A stretch of 64,000 bases of DNA from Oceanispirochaeta sp. (GTDB lineage: Bacteria > Spirochaetota > Spirochaetia > DSM-2461), in contig CAXXOA010000002.1 in NCBI GenBank assembly GCA_963666275.2, forward strand, positions 1,152,001 through 1,216,000. The letters run 5' to 3'. A program made the position numbers and the translations under genes. How positions within the stretch are numbered: position 1 is the first letter of the stretch; every line of letters begins with the position of its first letter. Under the pieces are notes generated by a model, which was not told the DNA's origin, did not search any database, and worked only from the letters and a program-made list of their open reading frames with translations. Below are positions 37,534 through 47,947 of this stretch, one piece after another.

Positions 37534-40302
37534 ATGAGTAAAATTTCAAGGAAAATGTATCTCCTCCTGGTCCTTTCCATAGGGCTGTCGGTAACCATCT
37601 CCTCATGGTTCATAACAGCCTATCTGCTGATCCAGTCAGAAAAGGACCAGAACCAGATCAATGAGATTCACCTTGAAGGGCTTGTGGACAGTATCGAGCA
37701 GTTTTTTATGCATGCTGTGACGCTGAACCACATGCTTGCCATCAATCCCACCCTGGCGGATACGGTGGTGAACTCTCCCGGCTGGGAGGAACGCAGCCGG
37801 ATCTATGGGGACAGGTACAATGTCCGGGAGGGTGTGGCTCCGGATTCGGGATTTCCTCTTCTGGCGGAAACCCATCTGGACTACAGCTTTATCGAACTCC
37901 TTTTTCTGCAGGATGCCCGGGGAGATCAGACCGCCCGGAGCTTCGGCCCTCTGGGGCGGCGGGAAGAGCGCTGGTGGTTTAAAAAGATCGCCGGTGAAAA
38001 GGACTACAGGCCTTTTATTTCCCACTCCTACTACTCTCTCACTGGGAAAAAGCCTGTGGCATCCATTTTCCATCCTGTTTTTCAGGGCCAGGACTTTGCG
38101 GGGATTATGGGAATGGATATCAATTTCAACCATCTTCAGAAGCTCACGGCATCCTATCTGAATTCCGATGAAATGTACGCCATCGTGGTGGATATGAACG
38201 GTGTGATCATTGCCCATCCTCAGGAGGAAAAGATCCTGGAGATCTATAATCTGGTGAAGATGACCCGCTCGATCCTGCCCGAAGATCACAGGGGAGAACT
38301 GAATGCGGAAGGGTATCTGGACCTGGAGGAGTTCCCCCTGGACTGGCCCGGAAATGTGGCAGACGCTGTGAGCGCCGCCATTGCGGGCTCGAAGGGTATG
38401 ATCCGGGATACGGAGCTCGAAGGGGAGCTGTGCAATATCTTCTATGCCCCGGTGATCCTGGAAACGGAGGGCAACAGGGATCAGAACTATGCGGTCCTGC
38501 TGGTGCGCAACAAAGGCGGTATGATCAGAACCAGAAATATCATACTGGTCTGGGTCTCCCTCTTTGCCATGCTGATCATCCTGATCCTGATTTTCATATT
38601 CAGCCGGGAGTACAACAGGAATATCCTGATTCCCCTGAACCGTCTGATCCGTTCCATGAGCGAAGAGTCGGAGGGCTCCGGTTTCAAAGAGATTGTTATG
38701 GACACGGGGGATGAGTTCTACATGCTGGCCGGGGCCTACAACGATCTGAGGAAGAAGCTGGACAGAGCGAATCTGAGCCTCCAGGAGAAACTCTCCATTC
38801 TGGAACAGAGTGAAGAGGGCTATAAGGCCTTTGCCCAGATAGGCCTCTCCCTGTCTACGGAGAAGGATATAGAGAAGCTGATGGAACTGATCCTGGTGAA
38901 TGCCCGGAGCCTGACCAACGCCGACGGGGGAACCCTCTATCTCTACAACCGGCAAGATCAGTGCCTGGACTTTTCCATCCTCTATACAGAGAGCATGGAC
39001 TTCCATATGGGAGGAACCAGCGGCAATCCTGTGACCCTCCCGCCTGTACCCCTTTATGATCACCAGGGAAAACCCAATTACGGGAATGTCTCCTCCTGTG
39101 CGGCTCTGAAGGGGGAGATTATCAATATCCCCGATGTCTATTCGGCTGAGAACTTCGATTTCCAGGGGACCCGGGTCTACGATGAAAAGAACGGCTACCG
39201 TTCCCGGTCCATGCTTGTGGTTCCCATGAAAAATATGGAGGACGATCTGATCGGGGTGATCCAGCTCATAAACGCCCGGTCGGTGGACAAGGCTCAGGTT
39301 CTCCCTTTTAACGACATAGACGAAAGCCTTCTGATCTCTCTGGCCTCCCAGGCGGCGGTGGCCCTGACAAATACGGAGCTTCATAAAAATCTGGTTCAGC
39401 TGTTCAATGCCTTTATCAAGAGCATCGCCTCGGCGATCGATCAGAAGTCGGCCTTTACGGGCGGCCATATCCGCCGGGTGGTAACTCTGACCATGATGAT
39501 TGCCGATGAGATCAACAGGGCCGACTCCGGGGATTTCGGGGATATCAGGTTTTCCGATGATGAGATGGAGGAGATCCGGATCTCCGCCTGGATGCACGAT
39601 ATAGGAAAGATCACCACCAGCGAATACGTCATGGACAAACAGACCAAGCTGCAGGGCTTTCTGGACGGGATCGATGTGATTGATACCCGCTACCGGACCC
39701 TGATGGGATCTTCCGGAGAAAACCTATCTATCCCGCCGGAAGAACTGGAAGAGGAACTGGACTTCCTGCATCGATGCAATATCCCCAGGGAGTATCTGAA
39801 TGATGAAGACCTGGAACGTCTGAAAGAGATCCGCCGGAGGAGCGAGACCCGGGAGGATGCAATTTCCCCGGGAATCACAGAAGAGGAATTTGCGGGTCTT
39901 TCCATCCGTAAAGGGTCTTTGACTCCCCAGGAGAGGGGCCATATGGAGGAGCATGCGGAAATGACAAGACGGCTCCTGCAGGAACTGCCCTTTCCGGAGC
40001 ATCTGAAAAACGTGCCCGACTTTGCCTCCATGCATCATGAAAAACTGAACGGTACGGGTTATCCCGACGGCCTGACAGAAGAGGAAATTCCCCTGCAGGC
40101 CCGGATCATCGCCGTGGCCGATATTTTCGAGGCCCTTACAGCCAGGGACAGACCCTACAGAACCCCCATCAGCTTTGACAGGGCTCTGGGGATTATGAAG
40201 AGCATGGTTGAATCCGGTCATATCGACGGAAAGATCCTGAACCTGATGATAGAAAGCGAACTTATTTACAGATACGCCGAGAAAGAATTGTCAGAGGATT
40301 GA
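37534..40302 (+). CDS. Membrane-bound Cache-HAMP-GAF-HD-GYP cyclic-dinucleotide phosphodiesterase
   Basis: Two TM segments around a Cache-like domain; GAF (ADGGTLY, NIPDVY, GVIQLIN); HDIGK, HHEKLNGTGYP, RDRPY. Confidence 0.9.
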   Translation: MSKISRKMYLLLVLSIGLSVTISSWFITAYLLIQSEKDQNQINEIHLEGLVDSIEQFFMHAVTLNHMLAINPTLADTVVNSPGWEERSRIYGDRYNVREGVAPDSGFPLLAETHLDYSFIELLFLQDARGDQTARSFGPLGRREERWWFKKIAGEKDYRPFISHSYYSLTGKKPVASIFHPVFQGQDFAGIMGMDINFNHLQKLTASYLNSDEMYAIVVDMNGVIIAHPQEEKILEIYNLVKMTRSILPEDHRGELNAEGYLDLEEFPLDWPGNVADAVSAAIAGSKGMIRDTELEGELCNIFYAPVILETEGNRDQNYAVLLVRNKGGMIRTRNIILVWVSLFAMLIILILIFIFSREYNRNILIPLNRLIRSMSEESEGSGFKEIVMDTGDEFYMLAGAYNDLRKKLDRANLSLQEKLSILEQSEEGYKAFAQIGLSLSTEKDIEKLMELILVNARSLTNADGGTLYLYNRQDQCLDFSILYTESMDFHMGGTSGNPVTLPPVPLYDHQGKPNYGNVSSCAALKGEIINIPDVYSAENFDFQGTRVYDEKNGYRSRSMLVVPMKNMEDDLIGVIQLINARSVDKAQVLPFNDIDESLLISLASQAAVALTNTELHKNLVQLFNAFIKSIASAIDQKSAFTGGHIRRVVTLTMMIADEINRADSGDFGDIRFSDDEMEEIRISAWMHDIGKITTSEYVMDKQTKLQGFLDGIDVIDTRYRTLMGSSGENLSIPPEELEEELDFLHRCNIPREYLNDEDLERLKEIRRRSETREDAISPGITEEEFAGLSIRKGSLTPQERGHMEEHAEMTRRLLQELPFPEHLKNVPDFASMHHEKLNGTGYPDGLTEEEIPLQARIIAVADIFEALTARDRPYRTPISFDRALGIMKSMVESGHIDGKILNLMIESELIYRYAEKELSED

Positions 40303-40365
40303 ACCGCAATACATTTTTCTCTGGTATAATCGGAAAATCCAAAACAAAATTTCTAGGAGACCGCT

Positions 40366-40998
40366 ATGAAAGTGCTGCTTGTGAATGGAAGTCCTCACGA
40401 TAAAGGATCCACCTATACCGCCCTGGAGGAGATATCCCGCACTCTGGGAGAGGAAGGAGTGGACAGTGAAATATTCCAGCTGGGGCTGGATCCCCTTTCG
40501 GGATGCATCGACTGCAAAAAATGCGCCACCCTGGGTAACTGTGTCTTCAACGACAAGGTCAATGAGTTTCTGGAGATGGCTCCCTTTGCAGAGGGTTTTA
40601 TCTTCGGATCCCCTGTCCACTACGGATCCTGCTCGGGATCCATGACCTCCTTCATGGACAGAGTCTTTTTTTCGGATTTCATTTCGGGAACCAATCAGTT
40701 TATCCATAAACCCACTGCCGCCGTTGTCGCCGCCAGAAGGGCCGGAACCACCGCCGCCTTTGATCAGCTGAACAAATATTTTCACCTGGCCCAGATGCCC
40801 GTTGTCACCTCCCAGTACTGGAATATGGTCCACGGTGCCTCATCGCAAGAGGTTGCTGATGATCAGGAAGGCCTTCAGACCATGCGCGTCCTGGCCCGCA
40901 ATATGGCCTGGCTGCTCAAGTGCATCGAAGCGGGAAAACAGAGCGGTGTGGCCAAACCGGCCAGAGAAGAGCGGATCTTTACGAATTTTGTGAGGTGA
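40366..40998 (+). CDS. Iron-sulfur flavoprotein / NADPH-dependent FMN reductase family
   Basis: NGSPH..GST, Cx2Cx2Cx5C, GSPVHY. Confidence 0.88.
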   Translation: MKVLLVNGSPHDKGSTYTALEEISRTLGEEGVDSEIFQLGLDPLSGCIDCKKCATLGNCVFNDKVNEFLEMAPFAEGFIFGSPVHYGSCSGSMTSFMDRVFFSDFISGTNQFIHKPTAAVVAARRAGTTAAFDQLNKYFHLAQMPVVTSQYWNMVHGASSQEVADDQEGLQTMRVLARNMAWLLKCIEAGKQSGVAKPAREERIFTNFVR

Positions 40999-41591
40999 AC
41001 CCTCTTCCCCGGCCCCTCTCCCAGAGGGCGAGGGGGGTGTGGTTTTTATCGGGATCCCCCAGAACTCCTCTCCCTCTGGGAGAGGGGAATCAAAGGGGTG
41101 AGGGTTGGAATGGGCTGGCAGGTTAACGTGCAGGACCCACTCAGCTCCTGTTCAAATACTGCTTGATTGTGTTCGAGCTTCCTGGTTATAAACCCTCTCC
41201 CCCGGCCCCTCTCCCAGGGGGCGAGGGGTGTGTGGTTTTTATCGGGATCCCCCAGAACTCCTCTCCTTTTGGGCTGGTCGGAAGCAAGCTTCCTGCTCGC
41301 CTATGCAGCCGTAGGAGAGGGGAATCAAAGGGGTGAGGGTTGGAATGGGCTGGCAGGTTAACGTGCAGGACCCACTCAGCTCCTGTTCAAATACAGCATG
41401 ATTGTGTTCGAGCTTCCTGGTTATAAACCCTCTCCCCCGGCCCCTCTCCCAGGGGGCGAGGGGTGTGTGGTTTTTATCGGGATCCCCCAGAACTCCTCTC
41501 CTTTTGGGCTGGTCGGAAGCAAGCTTCCTGCTCGCCTATGCAGCCATAGGCGAGGGGAATCAAAGGGGTGAGGGTTGGAATGGGCTGGCAG
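40998..41591. repeat. Tandem array of palindromic CCCTCTCCC/GGGAGAGGG repeat units (starts 40998, 41191, 41426)
   Basis: Units of 193 and 235 bp plus a truncated third, near-identical in sequence. Confidence 0.92.
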
Positions 41592-41605
41592 ATGAATGTG
41601 TATAG

Positions 41606-42007
41606 TCATAACTCTGTGAGCATATTGATCTGTTGTAAGATCGTTTCCGGGTTGTAGAGAGCTACTTTGTTCGGGTATCTCAGAATTTTAAAACCTTCTG
41701 CTTTCAGAATGTCGTCTCTGACTCGATCCTTGCTCTTTTGTTCTTTAGTCGCATGGTATTCTCCATCAAGTTCTATGATCAGCTGTAATTTATGGCAGTA
41801 AAAATCAACTATATAAGGACCTATTTGGTGTTGTCTTCTGAACTTCAGACTCTTTTGTTTTCCAGCGCGCAGAAATTTCCATATATATTCTTCTGCCTCT
41901 GTTTGTTTGCTTCGTAAGTTCCGTGATGTATCCCGTAAGCCTGAATACTTTAATCCGCCTCGATAATGAAGGGAATTTCTCCCATCCGTATGGTCTTTCA
42001 TATCCAA
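41606..42007 (-). CDS. DUF559 (Vsr-like) endonuclease
   Basis: LR..QTEAE..IW..LR, KFRRQHQIGPYIVDFYC, IELDGEYH, D..RD..L...GFKILR. Confidence 0.92.
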   Translation of the reverse strand: MDMKDHTDGRNSLHYRGGLKYSGLRDTSRNLRSKQTEAEEYIWKFLRAGKQKSLKFRRQHQIGPYIVDFYCHKLQLIIELDGEYHATKEQKSKDRVRDDILKAEGFKILRYPNKVALYNPETILQQINMLTEL

Positions 42008-42069
42008 ATAAACGTTTGAAAATTAACCTTTGATTCAAAATCTTAAACATTTCTCAAGTCTTTTTATTT

Positions 42070-42324
42070 ACCCTCTCCCCCGGCCCCTCTCCCAGAGGGA
42101 GAGGGGAATCAAAGGGGTGAGGGTTGGAATGGGCTGGCAGGTTAATCGGGGGGGGCTTTTCACTTTGTGATTAGAGAATCAGGATATTTTCAGCGTTATA
42201 TATGCTGGTTATAAACCCTCTCCCCCGGCTCCTATACCTGGGGGCGAGGGGTGTGTGGTTCTCGTAGGGATATCCCGGACTCCTCTCCCTCTGGGAGAGG
42301 GGAATCAAAGGGGTGAGGGTTGGA
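42070..42324. repeat. Two further partial copies of the same palindromic repeat
   Basis: ccctctcccccggc...gggagaggggaatcaaaggggtgagggttgga at about 42070-42145 and 42214-42324. Confidence 0.9.
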
Positions 42325-42387
42325 TTCCCCTGCGAACACCCCCGAAATCCCTTATACTTATACCTGTTCTAATTCTAAGGAGGAATC

Positions 42388-43293
42388 ATGGTTTACAGAA
42401 CTCTGGGAAAAACAGGTCTGGAGGTTTCGGTGATCGGGCTGGGGACCTGGCAGTTCGGCGGTGAGTGGGGGGTGGATTTTACCCAGCCCCAGGTGGATGC
42501 TGTTTTTGATGCCGCCAGGGAAACAGGGATAAACCTGATCGATACGGCCGAATGCTACGGGGATCATCTTTCGGAGAAATTTGTCGGTCAGGCTGTAAAA
42601 AAGGACAGGGACAATTGGATAATCGCCACCAAATTCGGCCATCACTTTGCGGGGCATCTGAAGCGGGAGCAGCTCTGGACGGTCCGGGATGTACAGGCCC
42701 AGCTGGAAGGCTCCCTGAAGAGCCTGGGGGTGGAACAGATCGATATTTATCAGTTCCATTCGGGAAAAAATGAATATTTTGAGAATGATGAGCTGTGGAC
42801 CTGGCTGGATAAGCAGAAGCAGGCGGGCAAAATAGCCCATATCGGAATTTCCATCTCCAACAGCCACGAAGGGGTCATGGAGCCTCAGTCGGCCCGAGCT
42901 GTGGAAGTAGGGGCGGAAATGCTGCAGCTCTACTACAACCGGCTGGACCGCCGGCCCGAAGAGAAGGTTTTTCCCGTCTGCCGGGAGCAGAACCTGGGGG
43001 TTTTTGCCCGGGTACCCCTGGCCAGCGGTTTCCTGAGCGGAAAATATCACAAAGGGGATACCTTCCCGTCCAATGATGTGCGGGGCGCCCAGTCTCAGGA
43101 GGAGATCAATGCTGTTCTGGAACAGGTGGAAGAGATTCGGAAAACCGAAGTTCCCCCCGGTGTTCCCATGGCTGCCTGGGCCCTGGCCTGGTGTCTGAAA
43201 GATCCTGTGGTGACGGCGGTCATTCCGGGCAGCAAGAATCCTGAACAGGTTCGGAAAAATGCAGCCGCAGCGGAACTTGCGGGATCCCTATAG
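42388..43293 (+). CDS. Aldo/keto reductase
   Basis: LGKTGLEVS.IGLGTW, DTAECYG, IATKFG, PLASGFL, VIPG. Confidence 0.93.
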   Translation: MVYRTLGKTGLEVSVIGLGTWQFGGEWGVDFTQPQVDAVFDAARETGINLIDTAECYGDHLSEKFVGQAVKKDRDNWIIATKFGHHFAGHLKREQLWTVRDVQAQLEGSLKSLGVEQIDIYQFHSGKNEYFENDELWTWLDKQKQAGKIAHIGISISNSHEGVMEPQSARAVEVGAEMLQLYYNRLDRRPEEKVFPVCREQNLGVFARVPLASGFLSGKYHKGDTFPSNDVRGAQSQEEINAVLEQVEEIRKTEVPPGVPMAAWALAWCLKDPVVTAVIPGSKNPEQVRKNAAAAELAGSL

Positions 43294-44640
43294 AACTTTC
43301 CGTCCCTGAATATAGACCGAACGGATATGCTCGGGATCCGCTCCGAAAAGGACTTTCTGAAAAAGGATATCCCTGTCCATCTCAGGAAGGATCAGAAAAG
43401 GCGGATTTCCCGCTGTCATATCCACAACCTGGGCGTCGAAAGCGTATCCCGGAGCCAGTTTCCCTACGGGAAGACTCAGAGCTTCTCCTCCGCCGGCTGT
43501 GGCCAGATAGAATGCCTCTTTCAGGGTTATCCGGGAATCCCGGCGGCCCCTGTCTTCCGGGGAGCGGGAGGGATCGGTACCGTCTTCCAGCATCCGGGAG
43601 GAGGTCACCGCCTGCCGGATGTTCTGCAGGATCCCCGGTGAGTAGCCGGCGGATATATCCGTCCCCAGTCCCACTTCCAGACCTTCCGACATATACTCTT
43701 TAATGGGAGCCACGCAGTTGGCAAAGTAGGCATTCGACAGGGGGCAGTGAGCCACGGCGGTTCCTGTCTTTTTAAAGAGCGCTCTGTCATCCCTGTCGAG
43801 CAGAACACTATGGGCCATCACAGACTTTTCCCTGAGAAGGCCGAAATCGTTCAGCGCCGCCGCGTCGTTTTTACCGAATCTCTTTCTGACGAAGTTGTGT
43901 TCCCAGTCACCCTCGCTGCAGTGGGACTGGACATGGACATTGTACTTTGCCGCCAGTCTTCCCAGGCCGGCCAGTGCTTCATCGCTGCAGCTGGGAATGA
44001 ACCGGGGGGTGACCACAGGATAGACTCCCTGGGGAACGGTTTTTCCCAGTTCCTGTACCTGCTGAATAAACTCTTCCGTATCCGCCAGAGCCTCCTCGGG
44101 GGAGGCGTCCCTGTAGAAGTCGGGGTTTTCCTCCTGATGGTCCATCACAACCTTTCCCACCAGTCCTCTCTGTCCCTTTTCGGCGCAGATCTCTGCCAGC
44201 AGATAACTGCTCTCTTTGTGGATCGTGGCAAAGTAGAGGGCTGTGGTTGTGCCGTTGGCAATCAGGGTGTCCACCAGATGGGTGTAGACCTGCCGGGCAT
44301 ATTCGGTATCCTCATACCGGGCTTCCAGGGGAAAGGTGCAGCTGTTGAGCCACTCGTTCAGAGGCAGATCCAGGGCGGTTCCGATCTGGGGCCACTGGGG
44401 CGCATGGATGTGGAGGTCCACAAAGCCGGGAAGGAAGTACTGATGGGGTTTCAGTTCTACAAGCCGGTTCTCCCGGGCGGCCTGACTGAGAAGAGGGCTG
44501 TACTCTTTCTCTCCGGGCTGCAGAATCTTTGCGATCATACCCTTCCCGTCAACACAGAAAAGGGAATCCTTCAGTATCTCTATGGCATCGGGGCTTATGC
44601 TTGTAAAGCCGGTGCCTTTAAATATGGTTTGCCAGTTCAT
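43288..44640 (-). CDS. guaD: Guanine deaminase
   Basis: PGFVDLHIHAPQ, TPRFIPSCS, QSHCSE, HCPLSN, GLGTD. Confidence 0.9.
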   Translation of the reverse strand: MNWQTIFKGTGFTSISPDAIEILKDSLFCVDGKGMIAKILQPGEKEYSPLLSQAARENRLVELKPHQYFLPGFVDLHIHAPQWPQIGTALDLPLNEWLNSCTFPLEARYEDTEYARQVYTHLVDTLIANGTTTALYFATIHKESSYLLAEICAEKGQRGLVGKVVMDHQEENPDFYRDASPEEALADTEEFIQQVQELGKTVPQGVYPVVTPRFIPSCSDEALAGLGRLAAKYNVHVQSHCSEGDWEHNFVRKRFGKNDAAALNDFGLLREKSVMAHSVLLDRDDRALFKKTGTAVAHCPLSNAYFANCVAPIKEYMSEGLEVGLGTDISAGYSPGILQNIRQAVTSSRMLEDGTDPSRSPEDRGRRDSRITLKEAFYLATAGGGEALSLPVGKLAPGYAFDAQVVDMTAGNPPFLILPEMDRDILFQKVLFGADPEHIRSVYIQGRKVL

Positions 44641-44658
44641 CGTGGGCCGCTCCGGGGT

Positions 44659-45111
44659 TCAGGATTTTTCCAGTGATGTCAGATGATCCAGGAGTTTGTT
44701 CAGAGTCTCCTTCAGCTGGAGTACCTCCGGCTCGGAAAGATCCTCTGTTTTCAGATTTTCCACCAGTTGGAAAGGGACACTGGCGGCTTTTTCTCTCAGC
44801 TGCCTTCCCTCTCCGGTGAGAGTTACGACCACCTTCCGCTCATCCGATCTGTCTCTGACCCTTTCCAGCAGTCCGTTCTGTTCCATCCGTTTCAGAAGGG
44901 GAGTGATGGTATTGGTATTCAGCACCAGCTTCTCTCTGATCGCATTGACGGTGATCCCGTCGTTTTCCCAGAGGACCATCAGGACAAGGTACTGGGGGTA
45001 GGTCAGCCCCAGCTCTTCCAGCAGGGGCTGATAGGTTCTGGTAATCAGCCGGGAGACCGCATAGAGGGGGAAACAAATCTGATTTTCCAGTTTTAACTGT
45101 TCGTAACTCAT
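44659..45111 (-). CDS. OhrR-type MarR regulator
   Basis: LENQICFPLY with sensing Cys, LGLTYPQYLV; likely start MSYEQLKL. Confidence 0.88.
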   Translation of the reverse strand: MSYEQLKLENQICFPLYAVSRLITRTYQPLLEELGLTYPQYLVLMVLWENDGITVNAIREKLVLNTNTITPLLKRMEQNGLLERVRDRSDERKVVVTLTGEGRQLREKAASVPFQLVENLKTEDLSEPEVLQLKETLNKLLDHLTSLEKS

Positions 45112-45162
45112 ATATCTAAAAATATCCTGTTTACCCGGGGGCATCAAGTTCATCCGGAATAC

Positions 45163-45645
45163 TTATTTCCCCAGAAGTTTTTCAATATCCCCGGCGATTT
45201 TGGAGGGATCCGTCATGGGGGAGAAGCGTTTCACGGGTTTTCCCTCTTTATCGATTAAGAATTTGGTGAAGTTCCATTTGATGCTGTTTCCGATGACACC
45301 GGGTTTTTCGCTTCTCAGATAGGAATACAGGGGATGGGCATTCTCTCCGTTGACCTCCACTTTGCTGAAAAGGGGAAAGGTCACTCCGAAATTCCTGCTG
45401 CAGAACTGCTGGATCTCTTCGTCTCCCCCCGGTTCCTGATGGGCAAACTGGTCACAGGGAAATCCGAGGATTTCCAGGCCTTTCCCCTTGTAGTTCTCAT
45501 AGAGCTTCTGCAGCTCCTTGTACTGGGGGGTAAAGCCGCAATTGCTGGCTGTGTTCACCACCAGAACCACCTTGCCGTTATATTTGCTCATGCTCTCTTC
45601 GCTGCCTGTTATGGTTTTTGCTTTAAAATTGTAAAAACTGCTCAT
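45163..45645 (-). CDS. Glutathione peroxidase family (Cys-type)
   Basis: VNTASNCGFTPQY, LGFPCDQF, IKWNFTKFL; likely start MSSFYNFK. Confidence 0.93.
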   Translation of the reverse strand: MSSFYNFKAKTITGSEESMSKYNGKVVLVVNTASNCGFTPQYKELQKLYENYKGKGLEILGFPCDQFAHQEPGGDEEIQQFCSRNFGVTFPLFSKVEVNGENAHPLYSYLRSEKPGVIGNSIKWNFTKFLIDKEGKPVKRFSPMTDPSKIAGDIEKLLGK

Positions 45646-45670
45646 TCTGTTCTCCTGAAATATAAGATAT

Positions 45671-45704
45671 GTGCGATTATATCGCACGCGATATAAAATG
45701 TCAA
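45671..45704 (-). promoter_or_regulatory. Consensus promoter overlapped by an OhrR-type operator
   Basis: TTGACA (45704-45699)-17 bp-TATAAT (45681-45676); palindrome GTGCGAT-tat-ATCGCAC at 45671-45687. Confidence 0.8.
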
Positions 45705-45815
45705 GGAGAAACTTCCACCACAGGCAACAACCAAAGCCCTTGTGCTTAAGGAGCCCTCCCACTATGATGGCTCTGTAAAAAAAAGAACGAATGAAATACT
45801 GATCAAGGAAGAATC

Positions 45816-46355
45816 ATGAAAAAGTTACTGCCCCTTCTGTTTCTGTTTTCTGCGGGTCTGCTCTTTTCCCAGGACTTTGAACTGCTGGGACGCTGGCTCT
45901 GTAAAACCGAAGATATCCGGCTTGTCACCCTGGCGCTTCCCACTATACCGGGGCCTGATGATTATGCTGCTATGGATCCGGAACTGCTGGAAGATCTGGA
46001 TGAGACCTACTGGTTTCAGCATTTCCAGCAGGAAGGCTCTGTGGAATATGATTTTGACACGGCTTCGGGAGATCAGAAAAATGTGATTTTCGAGTTTTCG
46101 GAAGATGGAACCGGCAGCTTTGATCATATGCCCCTGGAATATTATCCTGACGGGAACTATAACGAGTATGTGATCACCGGCGATGAGTTTGATTCCACTG
46201 AGGACAGGAGGGTTGAAAGGACTATCCTTCAGTACCACATGGAGGAGCATCCTGTGATCTATCTCTATCACCATTCCCTGCGGAATTACCGCTCCGAGAT
46301 GGAGATCACCCTATTGAAATTCCGGGTGATCAAACCCCTTCGAGAGGAGCCCTGA
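45816..46355 (+). CDS. Hypothetical secreted acidic protein
   Basis: Signal peptide MKKLLPLLFLFSAGLLFS; RBS AAGGAAG. Confidence 0.7.
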   Translation: MKKLLPLLFLFSAGLLFSQDFELLGRWLCKTEDIRLVTLALPTIPGPDDYAAMDPELLEDLDETYWFQHFQQEGSVEYDFDTASGDQKNVIFEFSEDGTGSFDHMPLEYYPDGNYNEYVITGDEFDSTEDRRVERTILQYHMEEHPVIYLYHHSLRNYRSEMEITLLKFRVIKPLREEP

Positions 46356-46375
46356 GGGCTCTCCCGGGCGGATTG

Positions 46376-47086
46376 TCAGAGACTCCTTTCAAGCAGAAGG
46401 GTTTTCATCTGTTCCAGATAAGAGTCTGTCAGGATCAGAGTGTCCAGGGTCTCCAGGGGAATCCCCGCAATCCGGGAGAGGGCGGTGGAAAATCCGTGTA
46501 TTATCCGGGAGATCTTTTCTTCCGCCCCGGGCTGCTCCGGATCTGCCATCACTGCATTGATCTGGCGGCTCATCCCGAGATCCAGGTAGTGGATATAGAC
46601 CGCCAGAATCTCTGGATCTCCTTCGAAGTCACAGAGTCCTTCGGTCCGGCCCTGGGCAAAGAGCCGGGAAAAAACCTCCCTGTAGAGCTTTTCACTGTAG
46701 GAACCCATTATCTGCTCCATAAGGAGGTTACCCCGCTCAGGGCGGGGGGGATCTGCTTTCTTTTCAAACTCCGCTGATGCGGTATTCATTCCCGAGGCTC
46801 TTGCCAGCTGCATCACAGCCAGAAGTTTGTCATGCATATCCGGACCTGTTTCCTCCACAATAGGCAGGAAGAGCTGCTTCATCTGAAGGTAGTAGCTGCG
46901 GCAGATCTCCTCCAGTACCTCTTCCTTCGAAGCAAAATGGTTGTACAGGGCTCCTTTGGAGAGTCCGCAGCTGTCGGCTATTTTCTGTATTGTCGTATTC
47001 TCGTATCCGATCTTCCGGAAGAGCTCTTCTGTCCGGGCGAGTATTTCCCTGTAGGTTTTCTCTTTCTGCTGTTCCCTCTTATTCAT
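46376..47086 (-). CDS. TetR-family regulator
   Basis: GYENTTIQKIA...GLSKGALYNHFASKE. Confidence 0.92.
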   Translation of the reverse strand: MNKREQQKEKTYREILARTEELFRKIGYENTTIQKIADSCGLSKGALYNHFASKEEVLEEICRSYYLQMKQLFLPIVEETGPDMHDKLLAVMQLARASGMNTASAEFEKKADPPRPERGNLLMEQIMGSYSEKLYREVFSRLFAQGRTEGLCDFEGDPEILAVYIHYLDLGMSRQINAVMADPEQPGAEEKISRIIHGFSTALSRIAGIPLETLDTLILTDSYLEQMKTLLLERSL

Positions 47087-47174
47087 CAGAACTCCGTATC
47101 CTTTTTGAATCCATGCTCCACCATATTAGCCGCTTTTCCTGTTCCTGCAAAGTTTTCAGGCCTTTCCGCAGTGA

Positions 47175-47924
47175 TTACTGAAGAGTCAGCCACTGGAGAA
47201 GAGACTCCTCTCTCTCTTTTCCGCTGGTTCCGGGATGGGCATTCCTGTAGGATCCTGTGATCTCCCCGTCTTTCATGTACAGGACTGTTTCGGCCTGAGC
47301 CGCCACCCTGGCATCATGTGTGACAAGAAGTATGGTGACACCTGTGCTGTTGAGTTCCCTGAACAGGCGGATTATCTCATCGGTGGAACGGGAGTCCAGG
47401 GCGCCAGTGGGTTCATCTCCGAAGAGGATCCGGGGCTCATTGATCAGAGCCCGGCAGAGGGAGGCTCTCTGAAGCTGCCCCCCGGAGGCCTGACTGACAT
47501 GCCTGCGGCCCAGTTCGGAAATTCCTGTCTGATCCATAAGCTGTTCCGCCGAGCGATGAATCTCTTTCCGGGGTTTTCTCCCCGCCAGGAAGGCCGAAGC
47601 CATGATGTTGTCTTTGATATTCAGGTTTTTTATCAGATGGTTCTGCTGAAAAACAAAACCCATTTTATGAAGCCGCAGGCCCGCAAGCTCATTTTCGGAA
47701 AGGTCCTCCAGCTTCTGTCCCTCAAACTCCACACTGCCCAGGGTCATCCTGTCCAGACCGCTTATGTTGTAGAGAAGGGTGGATTTGCCCGATCCCGAAG
47801 GGCCCATGACGGCAATATAATCCCCTTGGTTGACTGTCAGATCGACCCCGCTGAGAGCGGTTTTTCCTGAATTTTCCTCTGCAAATACTTTTGTCACCTT
47901 TTCGGCTTTTAAAATAGTCTTCAT
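47175..47924 (-). CDS. ABC transporter ATP-binding protein (LolD/MacB type)
   Basis: GPSGSGKST, SGGQLQR, DEPTGALD, VTHD. Confidence 0.93.
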   Translation of the reverse strand: MKTILKAEKVTKVFAEENSGKTALSGVDLTVNQGDYIAVMGPSGSGKSTLLYNISGLDRMTLGSVEFEGQKLEDLSENELAGLRLHKMGFVFQQNHLIKNLNIKDNIMASAFLAGRKPRKEIHRSAEQLMDQTGISELGRRHVSQASGGQLQRASLCRALINEPRILFGDEPTGALDSRSTDEIIRLFRELNSTGVTILLVTHDARVAAQAETVLYMKDGEITGSYRNAHPGTSGKEREESLLQWLTLQ

Positions 47925-47947
47925 CTTTTGACTCCTCTGTCTTTTTC

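Noticed and set aside
37636..39597. Long antisense ORFs (also 7462-8958, 34854-36596, 4313-5539, 53954-55057, 62314-63510)
   Set aside because: Shadow frames opposite well-supported genes, with no recognisable motifs.
40920..41609. Small ORFs (62-68 aa) within the repeat array
   Set aside because: They are translations of the palindromic repeats, with no RBS or protein-like features.
40998..42324. CRISPR array interpretation of the repeats
   Set aside because: Units are 193-235 bp and near-identical throughout, with no unique spacers and no cas genes.
45163..45645. Selenocysteine glutathione peroxidase
   Set aside because: The active-site codon is Cys and there is no in-frame TGA.
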